Shown in pieces: positions 9,301 through 23,238 of a stretch of 64,000 nt of DNA. The position numbers were made by a program, and so were the translations under genes. A model generated the notes under the pieces. That model saw nothing but the letters and a program-made list of their open reading frames with translations. It was not told the origin of the DNA and made no database searches. The DNA lies in NCBI RefSeq assembly GCF_009914755.1, contig NC_060928.1; one strand, 5' to 3'. The DNA comes from the human T2T-CHM13v2.0 reference genome, Homo sapiens. How positions within the stretch are numbered: position 1 is the stretch's first letter; every line of letters begins with the position of its first letter.

Positions 9301-12300
9301 TCCTTGAGGGCCAACCGGTTCCTCCGCTCCTGGGGAAAGCGCCTTCTGGCACTGAATCTTTTGGCTGCCACGGATGTCAGGGAGCCAACGGGACTGGGTT
9401 TTGGCTGGGTGCAGGGGAGGTTGCGTCAGGGGTACCTAAGCGGTAGCGGCGTGGGGGTGGGGTGTACTTGGTCCAAAGCTCTGGGCTCCTCTGGCGGGCC
9501 TCCCTGAATGTGGCCTGGACTCGCGCGCAGGCCCTGTCTCGCAGGTTTGCAGGTGCGCTTGGCTTTTCCTCCGCTTTGTGGGGCAGGTCTGCAGTGGCCC
9601 CCCGGGCGCACGCCTGGACATCACTGTCCGTCTCGTCGTCGTCCCTTACGGCCTGAAAGACACACGCTCACTGCATGGGCTCTTGGGGGACTTTAGTGCC
9701 ACGTGTGGTCACACGGGCTCCAGCTCGGACTCGCCTCTGTCTGTCTTTGCCGGTGTCGCCGGTGTCGCCGGAAGGCGCGTCGGGATGCCGGAGCCCCCGG
9801 GCCTTGGACATGAAGGCAGGCCCCTGCTCTATCCAGGAAGGAGGGAGGCAGTGGGCTCATGGGTCAGTGCCGTTGCAGACGACAGCACGCCTTGCGGCCC
9901 TGGGGATCTTTCCGTGCCCCGGCGAGACCCTTTTCGCCTCACTGTATTGTAACCCCATTCCCGATCAGCCGGTGGGAGCCATCATCGGATCCCAAGAGGA
10001 GTCCGCGCAGCCCAGCCAGCACCCCGAAGGTCCTCCTTCACCGGGAACCAAAGCAGGAGACTGATCAAGGAGGTCCTGACGACAGGACTCCTATGGGTCC
10101 GACCCTGGGTCTCCCGCAGGCCCCTCTGGTAGTCCTCTTCCCACCCGCCGTCTCGGGCTGCGCCGAAGCCGCCGCCGCCGCAACCTCCAGCACCGCTGCC
10201 CCAGTCCCGGCAGCCGCGTCACCGCCATTTTTTAAAGGGTCCGCAGCCTGACTCTGCTGAGTAAGGAGGGGTGGGGCGGGTGAGTCGGCCTCGCCAGTGC
10301 GCATGCGCGAGGCCCCAGCCGCCGCTTTGGTCACAGTGACCGCCACCGTTGCCCGGGGATGGGTCCCTGAGACTTGGCGAAGTAGGAGCCCTGTGTGATC
10401 GTGCGTCAGAATCGGGGCTAAGACCAGTCCTGGCCAGGGCAGTTACCAGGTTGGTCTCCGGAGGCCGGGATTCGCGGAGGGTCCACCAGCAGGAAGAAAC
10501 GCCAGGAGGAAGAAACCTCAGACAGATTGCCGGGGACGCAGCGCGGGATCCCAGCCTCAGGCGTGCGCGGACGGTGCGCGGGTGAGTCTCCCCAAAAGTG
10601 GCGCCCTTGTGATGTGGAGGACAGGTCTACCAGGGTGTCCGTGGGCTGCTGTCTCACCGGTGGCTTCGTAGTCGCGGAGAGCAGAACCCAGCAGCTTCAG
10701 GGGCAGCCTGGGGGTGGGTGTTACATGCTGTATGTCTGTGTGCGTCTTGGTTGTGTGTGTGTGTGTGTGTGTGTGTGTCTGTGTGTCTGTGTGTGTCTGT
10801 GTGCGTGCGTGCGTGAGTCTGTGTGCCCAGTTCTATCTCTTACGTCTCTCTCTCTCTCTCTCCCCCCCCTCCCTCTTTCCATCGCCCTCTCTTTCTATCT
10901 CTGTCCGTCTGTGTGTGCTTGTGCCTCGGGACACATGTGCCCCGTGTGCCGGAGGGTGGGTTTCTTGCAGGTCGGCCTTTCTTCTGGTCAGCCTCTCCCC
11001 GTGTCTCTGCCTGGGTCGTGTGGCCGGTTGGCAGTCGGTTTCCCGGCGGTTCCGGTTTGGGGGTCTGTGAAGGCCTGCGCAACGCGGGCATCTGCCTCGG
11101 AACCGCAGGGGTTTTCGTCCCCTCCCCATCCGGAGCAGCCTCTTTGCTAGGCTAGATCCAGACGACCGCTCCCCAAGCAAGGACAACGGCCTCCCAGGCG
11201 CTCATTGTCCAATCGCAGGAGGGTGCCCGCAGACCTTCAAGAAGATGGTTCTCACGCCTCTCCCCCTCTCCCTCATGGAGAAATGGAGCCACAGCTCGAC
11301 GCAGGGACGGAGAAGGAAGCCGGCAAGGGGATGGGGAAGCATCTCTGTCACTCAAAGGCTGGCCTTCCTGGCCGAGTCACCCGTCTGACACTCCTCCCCG
11401 GATGCCCGTGGTGGTGGCATGGCCCCGTATCCTGCCTGGGCTCTGGCCTCTGCTCTGTCCTCCCTCTTGCTGTGTCTGCCCCGTCTCTGAGAAGCCTGGC
11501 GGCTTCTTAGTCTGGCTCAACGTCTTCAACAAAGAAGACTTCCCAGTCCATCAGGGAGAAACCCCGTGGGCGTCCGTGTCATGATCGTTTCCCTCTCCAC
11601 ACCTCTTTCTGGATGATTGGGCAGGTGTGGTGATCCTGGAGCTCTGGGCTTCCATACCTGTGTGGGACAGGGAAGCTCTCTTGGTCTCCATGGCCCAAGT
11701 GATGGCTGCGCGCTCGGTCCAGGAAGAGGGGGAGGCAAGCCCACCGTTCCCCACATTGGCCTTCCAGGAAAGGCGGTGTTGCATCCCACCTGCACTTCCT
11801 GTCTGATCCTTGAGGGCCAACCGGTTCCTCCGCTCCTGGGGAAAGCGCCTTCTGGCACTGAATCTTTTGGCTGCCACGGATGTCAGGGAGCCAACGGGAC
11901 TGGGTTTTGGCTGGGTGCAGGGGAGGTTGCGTCAGGGGTACCTAAGCGGTAGCGGCGTGGGGGTGGGGTGTACTTGGTCCAAAGCTCTAGGCTCCTCTGG
12001 CGGGCCTCCCTGAATGTGGCCTGGACTCGCGCACAGGCCCTGTCTCGCAGGTTTGCAGGTGCGCTTGGCTTTTCCTCCGCTTTGTGGGGCAGGTCTCCAG
12101 TGGCCCCCGGGCGCACGCCTGGACATCACTGTCCGTCTCGTCGTCGCCCCCTACGGCCTCAAAGACACACGCTCACTGCATGTGCTCTTGGGGGACGTCA
12201 GTGCCACGTTTGGTCACACGGGCTCCAGCTCGGACTCGCCTCTGTCTGTCTTTGCCGGTGTCGCCGGAAGCTGCGTTGGGATGCCGGAGCCCCCGGGCGT

Positions 12301-13253
12301 CGGAGATGAAGGCAGGCCCCTGCTCCACCCAGGAAGGAGGGAGGCAGTGGGCTCATGGGTCAGTGCCATTGCAGACGACAGCACGCCTTGCGGCCCTGGG
12401 GATCTTTCCGTTCCCCGGCGAGACCCTTTCCGCCTCACTGCATTGTAACCCCATTCCCGATCAGCCGGGGGGAGCCATCAACGGATCCCAAGAGGTGTCC
12501 GCGCAGCCCAGCCAGCACCCCGAAGGTCCTCCTTCACCGGGAACAGAAGCAGGAGACCGATCAAGGAGGTCCTGACGACAGGACTCCTATGGGTCCGACC
12601 CTGGGTCTCCCGCAGGCCCCTCTGGTAGTCCTCTTCCCACCCGCCGCCTCGGGCTGCGCCGCAGCCGCCGCCGCCGCAACCTCCAGCACCGCCGCCCCAG
12701 TCCCCGCAGCCGCCGCGTCGCCGCCATTTTTTAAAGGGTCCGCAGCCTGACTCTGCTGAGTAAGGAGGGGTGGGGCGGGTGAGTCGGCCTCGCCAGTGCG
12801 CATGCGCGAGGCCCCAGCCGCCGCTTTGGTCACAGTGACCGCCACCGTTGCCCGGGGATGGGTCCCTGAGACTTGGCGAAGTAGGAGCCCTGTGTGATCG
12901 TGCGTCAGAGTCGGAGCTCAGACCAGTCCTGGCCAGGGCAGTTACCAGGACGGTCTCCGGAGGCCGGGATTCGCGAAGGGTCAACCAGGAGGAAGAAACG
13001 CCAGAAGGAAGAAACCTCAGACAGATCGCCGGGGACGCAGCACGGGATCCCAGCCTGAGGCCTGCGGGGACGGTGTGCGGGTGAGTCTCCCCAATAGTGG
13101 CGCCCTTGTGATGTGGAGGACAGGTCTACCAGGGTGTCCGTGGGCTGCTGTCTCACCGGTGGCTTCGTAGTCTCGGAGAGCAGAACCTGGCAGCTTCAGG
13201 GGCAGCCTGGGGGTGGGTGTTACCTGCTGTATGTCTGTGTGCGTCTTGGTTGT

Positions 13254-13296
<43 letters not shown>

Positions 13297-15732
13297 TGTG
13301 TGCGTGCGTGCGCGCGTCTGTGTGCCCACTTCTATCTCTTACGTCTCTCTCTCTCTCTCCCCGCCCCCGCTCTTTCCGTCGCCCTCTCTTTCTATCTCTG
13401 TCCGTCTGTGTGTGCTTGTGCCTCGGGACACATGTGCCCCGTGCGCCGGAGGGTGGGTTTCTTGCAGGTCGGCCTTTCTTCTGGTCAGCCTCTCCCCGCG
13501 TCACTGCCTGGGTCGTGTGGCCGGATGGCAGTCGGTTTCCCGGCGGTTCCGGTTTGGGGGTCTGTGAAGGCCTGCGCAACGCGGGCATCTGCGTCGGAAC
13601 CGCAGGGGTTTTCGTCCCCTCCCCATCCGGAGCAGCCTCTTTGCTAGGCTAGATCCAGACGACCGCTCCACAAGCAAGGACAACGGCCTCCCAGGCGCTC
13701 ATTGTTCAACCGCAGGAGGGTGCCCGCAGACCTTCAAGAAGATGGTTCTCACGCCTCTCGCCCTCTCCCTCATGGAGAAATGGAGCCACAGCTCGACGCA
13801 GGGACGGAGAAGGAAGCCGGCAAGGGGATGGGGCAAGCATCTCTGTCACTCAAAAGCTGGCCTTCCTGGCCGAGTCACCCGTCTGACACTCCTCCCCGGA
13901 TGCCCGTGGTGGTGGCATGGCCCCGTATCCTGCCTGGACTCTGGCCTCTGCTTTGTCCTCCCTCTTGCTGTGTCTGCCCCGTCTCTGCGAAGCCTGGCGG
14001 CTTCTTAGTCTGGCTCAACGTCTTCAACAAAGAAGACTTCCCAGTCCATCAGGGAGAAACCCCGTGGGCGTCCGTGTCGTGATCGTTTCCCTCTCCACAC
14101 CTCTTTCTGGATGATTGGGCAGGTGTGGTGATCCTGGAGCTCTGGGCTTCCATACCTGTGTGGGACAGGGAAGCTCTCTTGGTCTCCATGGCCCAAGTGA
14201 TGGCTGCGCGCTCGGTCCAGGAAGAGGGGGAGGCAAGCCCACCGTTCCCCACATTGGCCTTCCAGGAAAGGCGGTGTTGCAGCCCACCTGCACTTCCTGT
14301 CTGATCCTTGAGGGCCAACCGGTTTCTCCGCTCCTGGGGAAAGCGCCTTCTGGCACTGAATCTTTTGGCTGCCACGGATGTCAGGGAGCCAACGGGACTG
14401 GGTTTTGGCTGGGTGCAGGGGAGGTTGCGTCAGGGGTACCTAAGCGGTAGCGGCGTGGGGGTGGGGTGTACTTGGTCCAAAGCTCTGGGCTCCTCTGGCG
14501 GGCCTCCCTGAATGTGGCCTGGACTCGCGCACAGGCCCTGTCTCGCAGGTTTGCAGGTGCGCTTGGCTTTTCCTCCGCTTTGTGGGGCAGGTCTCCAGTG
14601 GCCCCCCGGGCGCTCGCCTGGACATCACTGTCCGTCTCGTCGTCGCCCCCTACGGCCTCAAAGACACACGCTCTCTGCATGTGCTCTTGGGGGACGTCAG
14701 TGCCACGTTTGGTCACACGGGCTCCAGCTCGGACTCGCCTCTGTCTGTCTTTGCCGGTGTCGCCGGAAGCTGCGTCGGGATGCCGGAGCCCCCGGGCTTT
14801 GGAGATGAAGGCAGGCCCCTGCTCCACCCAGGATGGAGGGAGGCAGTGGGCTCATGGGTCAGTGCCGTTGCAGACGACAGCACGCCTTGCGGCCCTGGGA
14901 ATCTTTCCGTGCCCCGGCGAGACCCTTTCCGCCTCACTGCATTGTAACCCCATTCCCGATCAGCCGGTGGGAGCCATCATCGGATCCCAAGAGGAGTCCG
15001 CGCAGCCCAGCCAGCACCCCGAAGGTCCTCCTTCACCGGGAACAGAAGCAGGAGACCGATCAAGGAGGTCCTGACGACAGGACTCCTATGGGTCCGACCC
15101 TGGGTCTCCCGCAGGCCCCTCTGGTAGACTTCTTCCCACCCGCCGCCTCGGGCTGCGCCGCAGCCGCCGCCGCCGCAACCTCCAGCACCGCCGCCCCAGT
15201 CCCCGCAGCCGCCGCGTCACCGCCATTTTTTAAAGGGTCCGCAGCCTGACTCTGCTGAGTAAGGAGGGGTGGGGCGGGTGAGTCGGCCTCGCCAGTGTGC
15301 ATGCGCGTGGCCCCAGCCGCCGATTTGGTCACAGGGACCGCCACCGTTGCCCGGGGATGGGTCCCTGAGAATTGGCGAAGTAGGAGCCCTTTGTGATTGT
15401 GCGTCAGAGTCGGGGCTGAGACCAGTCCTGGCCAGGGCAGTTACCAGGACGGTCTCCGGAGGCCGGGATTCGCGGAGGGTCCGCCAGAAGGAAGAAACCT
15501 GAGACAGATCGCCGGGGACGCAGCGCGGGATCCCAGCCTCAGGCGTGCACGGACGGTGTGCGGGTGAGTCTCCCTAAAAGTAGCGCCCTTGTGATGTGGA
15601 GGACAGGTCTGCCAGGGTGTCCGTGGGCTGCTGTCTCACCGGTGGCCTCGTAGTCGCGGAGAGCAGAACCCGGCAGCTTCAGGGGCAGCCTGGGGGTGGG
15701 TGTTACCTGCTGTATGTCTGTGTGCGTCTTGG

Positions 15733-15777
<45 letters not shown>

Positions 15778-18700
15778 TGTGTGCGTGCGTGCGTGGCGTC
15801 CGTGTGCCCACTTCTGTCTATCTCTTACGTCTCTCTCTCTCTCTCCCTGCCCTCGCTCTTTCTGTCGCCCTCTCTTTCTATCTCTGTCCGTCTGTGTGTG
15901 CTTGTGCCTCGGGACACATGTGCCCCGTGTGCCGGAGGGTGGGTTTCTTGCAGGTCGGCCTTTCTTCTGGTCAGCCTCTCCCCGCGTCTCTGCCTCGGTC
16001 GTGTAGCCGGTTAGCAGTCGGTTTCCCGGCGGTTCCGGTTTGGGGGTCTGTGAGGGCCTGGGCAATGCCGGCATCTGCTTCGGAACCGCAGGGGTTTTCG
16101 TCCCCTCCCCATCCGGAGCAGCCTCTTTGCTAGGCTAGATCCAGACGACCGCTCCCCAAGCAAGGACAACGGCCTCCCAGGCGCTCATTGTCCACCCGCA
16201 GGAGGGTGCCCGCAGACCTTCAAGAGGATGGTTCTCACGCCTCTCGCCCTCTCCCTCATGGAGAAATGGAGCCACAGCTCGACGCAGGGACGGAGAAGGA
16301 AGCCGGCAAGGGGATGGGGCAAGCATCTCTGTCACTCAAAGGCTGGCCTTCCTGGCCGAGTCACCCGTCTGACACTCCTCCCCGGATGCCCGTGGTGGTG
16401 GCATGGCCCCGTATCCTGCCTGGGCTCTGGCCTCTGCTCTGTCCTCCCTTTTGCTGTGTCTGCCCCGTCTCTGAGAAGCATGGCGGCTTCTTAGTCTGGC
16501 TCAACGTCTTCAACAAAGAAGACTTCCCAGTCCAGGGAGAAACCCCGTGGGCATCCGTGTCATGATCGTTTCCCTCTCGACACCTCTTTCTGCATAATTG
16601 GGCAGGTGTGGTGATCCTGGAGCTCTGGGCTTCCATACCTGTGTGGGACAGGGAAGCTCTCTTGGTCTCCACGGCCCAAGTGATGGCTGCGCGCTCAGTC
16701 CAGGAAGAGGGGGAGGCAAGCCCACCGTTCCCCACATTGGCCTTCCAGGAAAGGCGGTGTTGCATCCCACCTGCACTTCCTGTCTGATCCTTGAGGGCCA
16801 ACCGGTCCCTCCGCTCCTGGGGAAAGCGCCTTCTGGCACTGAATCTTTTGGCTGCCACGGATGTCAGGGAGCCAACGGGACTGGGTTTTGGCTGGGTGCA
16901 GGGGAGGTTGCGTCAGGGGTACCTAAGCGGTAGCGGCGTGGGGGTGGGGTGTACTTGGTCCAAAGCTCTGGGCTCCTCTGGCGGGCCTCCCTGAATGTGG
17001 CCTGGACTCGCGCACTGGCCCTGTCTCGCAGGTTTACAGGTGCGCTTGGCTTTTTCTCCGCTTTGTGGGGCAGGTCTCCAGTGGCCCCCGGGCGCACGCC
17101 TGGACATCACTGTCCGTCTCGTCGTCGCCCCCTACGGCCTCAAGGACACACGCTCACTGCATGTGCTCTTGGGCGACGTCAGTGCCACGTTTGGTCACAC
17201 GGGCTCCAGCTCGGACTCGCCTCTGTCTGTCTTTGCCGGTGTCGCCAGAAGCTGCGTTGGGATGCCGGAGCCCCCGGGCCTTGGAGATGAAGGCAGGCCC
17301 CTGCTCCACCCAGGAAGGAGGGAGGCAGTGGGCTCATGGGTCAGTGCCGTTGCAGACGACAGCACGCCTTGCGGCCCTGGGGATCTTTCCATGCCCCGGC
17401 GAGACCCTTTCCGCCTCACGGCATAGTGACCTCATTCCCGATCAGCCGGTGGGAGCCATCATCGGATCCCAAGAGGTGTCCGCGCAGCCCAGCCAGCACC
17501 CCGAAGGTCCTCCTTCACCGGGAACAGAAGCAGGAGACCGATCAAGGAGGTCCTGACGACAGGACTCCTATGGGTCCGACCCTGGGTCTCCCGCAGGCCC
17601 CTCTGGTAGTCCTCTTCCCACCCGCCGCCTCGGGCTGCACCGCAGCCGCCGCCGCCGCAACCTCCAGCACCGCCGCCCCAGTCCCCGCAGCCGCCGCGTC
17701 GCCACCATTTTTTAAAGGGTCCGCAGCCTGACTCTGCTGAGTAAGGAGGGGTGGGGCGGGTGAGTCGGCCTCGCCAGTGCGCATGCGCGAGGCCCCAGCG
17801 GCCGCTTTGGTCACAGTGACCGCCACCGTTGCCCGGGGATGGGTCCCTGAGACTTGGCGAAGTAGGAGCCCTGTGTGATCGTGCGTCAGAGTCGGGGCTC
17901 AGACCAGTCCTGTCCAGGGCAGTTACCAGGACGGTCTCCGGAGGCCGGGATTCGCGAAGGGTCAACCAGGAGGAAGAAACGCCAGAAGGAAGAAACCTCA
18001 GACAGATCGCCGGGGACGCAGCACGGGATCCCAGCATGAGGCCTGCGGGGACGGTGTGCGGGTGAGTCTCCCCAATAGTGGCGCCCTTGTGATGTGGAGG
18101 ACAGGTCTACCAGGGTGTCCGTGGGCTGCTGTCTCACCGGTGGCTTCGTAGTCTCGGAGAGCAGAACCCGGCAGCTTCAGGGGCAGCCTGGGGGTGGGTG
18201 TTACCTGCTGTATGTCTGTGTGCGTCTTGGTTGTGTGTGTTTGTGTGTGTGTGTGTGTGTCTGTGTGCGTGCGTGCGTGGCGTCCGTGTGCCCACTTCTG
18301 TGTATCTCTTACGTCTCTCTCTCTCTCTCCCCGCCCTCGCTCTTTCCGTCGCCCTCTCTTTCTATCTCTGTCCGTCTGTGTGTGCTTGTGCCTCGGGACA
18401 CATGTGCCCCGTGTGCCGGAGGGTGGGTTTCTTGCAGGTCGGCCTTTCTTCTGGTCAGCCTCTCCCCGCGTCTCTGCCTCGGTCGTGTAGCCGGTTAGCA
18501 GTCGGTTTCCCGGCGGTTCCGGTTTGGGGGTCTGTGAGGGCCTGGGCAATGCCGGCATCTGCTTCGGAACCGCAGGGGTTTTCGTCCCCTCCCCATCCGG
18601 AGCAGCCTCTTTGCTAGGCTAGATCCAGACGACCGCTCCCCAAGCAAGGACAACGGCCTCCCAGGCGCTCATTGTCCACCCGCAGGAGGGTGCCCGCAGA

Positions 18701-20718
18701 CCTTCAAGAGGATGGTTCTCACGCCTCTCGCCCTCTCCCTCATGGAGAAATGGAGCCACAGCTCGACGCAGGGACGGAGAAGGAAGCCGGCAAGGGGATG
18801 GGGCAAGCATCTCTGTCACTCAAAGGCTGGCCTTCCTGGCCGAGTCACCCGTCTGACACTCCTCCCCGGATGCCCGTGGTGGTGGCATGGCCCCGTATCC
18901 TGCCTGGGCTCTGGCCTCTGCTCTGTCCTCCCTTTTGCTGTGTCTGCCCCGTCTCTGAGAAGCATGGCGGCTTCTTAGTCTGGCTCAACGTCTTCAACAA
19001 AGAAGACTTCCCAGTCCAGGGAGAAACCCCGTGGGCGTCCGTGTCATGATCGTTTCCCTCTCGACACCTCTTTCTGCATGATTGGGCAGGTGTGGTGATC
19101 CTGGAGCTCTGGGCTTCCATACCTGTGTGGGACAGGGAAGCTCTCTTGGTCTCCATGGCCCAAGTGATGGCTGCGCGCTGAGTCCAGGAAGAGGGGGAGG
19201 CAAGCCCACCGTTCCCCACATTGGCCTTCCAGGAAAGGCGGTGTTGCATCCCACCTGCACTTCCTGTCTGATCCTTGAGGACCAACCGGTCCCTCCGCTC
19301 CTGGGGAAAGCGCCTTCTGGCACTGAATCTTTTGGCTGCCACGGATGTCAGGGAGCCAACGGGACTGGGTTTTGGCTGGGTGCAGGGGAGGTTGCGTCAG
19401 GGGTACCTAAGCGGTAGCGGCGTGGGGGTGGGGTGTACTTGGTCCAAAGCTCTGGGCTCCTCTGGCGGGCCTCCCTGAATGTGGCCTGGACTCGCGCACA
19501 GGCCCTGTCTCGCAGGTTTGCAGGTGCGCTTGGCTTTTCCTCCGCTTTGTGGGGCAGGTCTCCAGTGGCCCCCGGGCGCACGCCTGGACATCACTGTCCG
19601 TCTCGTCGTCGCCCCCTACGGCCTCAAAGACACACGATCACTGCATGTGCTCTTGGGGGACGTCAGTGCCACGTTTGGTCACACGGGCTCCAGCTCGGAC
19701 TCGCCTCTGTCTGTCTTTGCCGGTGTCGCCGGAAGCTGCGTTGGGATGCCGGAGCCCCCGGGCCTTGGAGATGAAGGCAGGCCCCTGCTCCACCCAGGAA
19801 GGAGGGAGGCAGTGGGCTCATGGGTCAGTGCCGTTGCAGACGACAGCACGCCTTACGGCCCTGGGGATCTTTCCGTGCCCCGGCGAGACCCTTTCCGCCT
19901 CACTGCATAGTGACCTCATTCCCGATCAGCCGGTGGGAGCCATCATCGGATCCCAAGAGGTGTCCGCGCAGCCCAGCCAGCACCCCGAAGGTCCTCCTTC
20001 ACCGGGAACAGAAGCAGGAGACCGATCAAGGAGGTCCTGACGACAGGACTCCTATGGGTCCGACCCTGGGTCTCCCGCAGGCCCCTCTGGTAGTCCTCTT
20101 CCCACCCGCCGCCTCGGGCTGCGCCGCAGCCGCCGCCGCCGAAACCTCCAGCACCGCCGCCCCAGTCCCCGCAGCCGCCGCGTCGCCGCCATTTTTTAAA
20201 GGGTCCGCAGCCTGACTCTGCTGAGTAAGGAGGGGTGGGGCGGGTGAGTCGGCCTCGCCAGTGCGCATGCGCGAGGCCCCAGCCGCCGCTTTGGTCACAG
20301 TGACCGCCACCGTTGCCCGGGGATGGGTCCCTGAGACTTGGCGAAGTAGGAGCCCTGTGTGATCGTGCGTCAGAGTCGGGGCTGAGACCAGTACTGGCCA
20401 GGGCAGTTACCAGGATGGTCTCCGGAGGCCGGGATTCGTGGAGGGTCAACCAGGAGGAAGAAACGCCAGAAGGAAGAAACCTCAGACAGATCGCCGGGGA
20501 CGCAGCACGGGATCCCAGCCTCAGGCCTGCGGGGACGGTGTGCGGGTGAGTCTCCCCAATAGTGGCGCCCTTGTGATGTGGAGGACAGGTCTACCAGGGT
20601 GTCCGTGGGCTGCTGTCTCACCGGTGGCTTCGTAGTCTCGGAGAGCAGAACCCGGCAGCTTCAGGGGCAGCCTGGGGGTGGGTGTTACCTGCTGTATGTC
20701 TGTGTGCGTCTTGGTTGT

Positions 20719-20763
<45 letters not shown>

Positions 20764-23195
20764 TGTGTGCGTGCGTGCGCGCGTCTGTGTGCCCACTTCT
20801 ATCTCTTACGTCTCTCTCTCTCTCTCCCCGCCCCCGCTCTTTCCGTCGCCCTCTCTTTCTATCTCTGTCCGTATGCGTGTGCTTGTGCCTCGGGACACAT
20901 GTGCCCCGTGCGCCGGAGGGTGGGTTTCTTGCAGGTCGGCCTTTCTTCTGGTCAGCCTCTCCCCGCGTCACTGCCTGGGTCGTGTGGCCGGATGGCAGTC
21001 GGTTTCCCGGCGGTTCCGGTTTGGGGGTCTGTGAAGGCCTGCGCAACGCGGGCATCTGCGTCGGAACCGCAGGGGTTTTCGTCCCCTCCCCATCCGGAGC
21101 AGCCTCTTTGCTAGGCTAGATCCAGACGACCGCTCCACAAGCAAGGACAACGGCCTCCCAGGCGCTCATTGTTCAACCGCAGGAGGGTGCCCGCAGACCT
21201 TCAAGAAGATGGTTCTCACGCCTCTCGCCCTCTCCCTCATGGAGAAATGGAGCCACAGCTCGACGCAGGGACGGAGAAGGAAGCCGGCAAGGGGATGGGG
21301 CAAGCATCTCTGTCACTCAAAAGCTGGCCTTCCTGGCCGAGTCACCCGTCTGACACTCCTCCCCGGATGCCCGTGGTGGTGGCATGGCCCCGTATCCTGC
21401 CTGGACTCTGGCCTGTGCTCTGTCCTCCCTCTTGCTGTGTCTGCCCCGTCTCTGCGAAGCCTGGCGGCTTCTTAGTCTGGCTCAACGTCTTCAACAAAGA
21501 AGACTTCCCAGTCCATCAGGGAGAAACCCCGTGGGCGTCCGTGTCGTGATCGTTTCCCTCTCCACACCTCTTTCTGGATGATTGGGCAGGTGTGGTGATC
21601 CTGGAGCTCTGGGCTTCCATACCTGTGTGGGACAGGGAAGCTCTCTTGGTCTCCATGGCCCAAGTGATGGCTGCGCGCTCGGTCCAGGAAGAGGGGGAGG
21701 CAAGCCCACCGTTCCCCACATTGGCCTTCCAGGAAAGGCGGTGTTGCAGCCCACCTGCACTTCCTGTCTGATCCTTGAGGGCCAACCGGTTCCTCCGCTC
21801 CTGGGGAAAGCGCCTTCTGGCACTGAATCTTTTGGCTGCCACGGATGTCAGGGAGCCAACGGGACTGGGTTTTGGCTGGGTGCAGGGGAGGTTGCGTCAG
21901 GGGTACCTAAGCGGTAGCGGCGTGGGGGTGGGGTGTACTTGGTCCAAAGCTCTCGGCTCTGGCGGGCCTCCCTGAATGTGGCCTGGACTCGCGCACAGGC
22001 CCTGTCTCGCAGGTTTGCAGGTGCGCTTGGCTTTTCCTCCGCTTTGTGGGGCAGGTCTCCAGTGGCCCCCGGGCGCACGCCTGGACATCACTGTCCGTCT
22101 CGTCGTCGCCCCCTACGGCCTCAAAGACACACGCTCACTGCATGTGCTCTTGGGGGACGTCAGTGCCACGTTTGGTCACACGGGCTCCAGCTCAGACTCG
22201 CCTCTGTCTGCCTTTGCCGGTGTCGCCGGAAGCTACGTCGGGATGCCGGAGCGCCCGGGCCTTGAAGATGAAGGCAGGCCCCTGCTCCACCCAGGAAGGA
22301 GGGAGGCAGTGGACTCATGGGTCCGTGCCGTTGCAGACGACAGCACGCCTTGCGGCCCTGGGGATCTTTCCTTGCCCCGGCGAGACCCTTTCCGCCTCAC
22401 TGCATTGTAACCCCATTCCCGATCAGCCGGTGGGAACCATCATCGGATCCCAAGAGGAGTCCGCGCAGCCCAGCCAGCACCCCGAAAGTCCTCCTTCACC
22501 GGGAACAGAAGCAGGAGACCGATCAAGGAGGTCCTGACGACAGGACTCCTATGGGTCCGACCCTGGGTCTCCCGCAGGCCCCTCTGGTAGACCTCTTCCC
22601 ACCCGCCGCCTCGGGCTGCGCCGCAGCCGCCGCCGCCGCAACCTCCAGCACCGCCGCCCCAGTCCCCGCAGCCGCCGCGTCGCCGCCATTTTTTAAAGGG
22701 TCCGCAGCCTGACTCTGCTGAGTAAGGAGGGGTGGGGCGGGTGAGTCGGCCTCGCCAGTGCGCATGCGCGAGGCCCCAGCCGCCGCTTTGGTCACAGTGA
22801 CCGCCACCGTTGCCCGGGGATGGGTCCCTGAGACTTGGCGAAATAGGAGCCCTGTGTGATTGTGCGTCAGAGTCGGGGCTGAGACCAGTCCTGGCCAGGG
22901 CAGTTACCAGGACGGTCTCCGGAGGCTGGGATTCGCGGAGGGTCCGCCAGGAGGAAGAAACCTCAGACAGTTCGCCGGGGACGCAGCGCGGGATCCCAGC
23001 CTCAGGCGTGCACGGACGGTGTGCGTGTGAGTCTCCCCAAAAGTAGCGCCCTTGTGATGTGGAGGACAGGTCTGCCAGGGTGTCCGTGGGCTGCTGTCTC
23101 ACCGGTGGCTTCGTAGTCGCGGAGAGCAGAACCCGTCAGCTTCAGGGGCAGCCTGGGGGTGGGTGTTACCTGCTGTATGTCTGTGTGCGTCTTGG

Positions 23196-23238
<43 letters not shown>

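Larger units (their letters stand above)
1..18540. repeat. Five-monomer higher-order duplication, period 12,452 bp (1-~6,090 repeated at 12,453-~18,540)
   Basis: Private variants recur at exactly +12,452 (e.g. extra GAGCTC at 462 and 12914; broken ERE in U2 and U7). ORF-track coordinates shift by 12,452. Identity breaks by 18,543. Confidence 0.9.
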
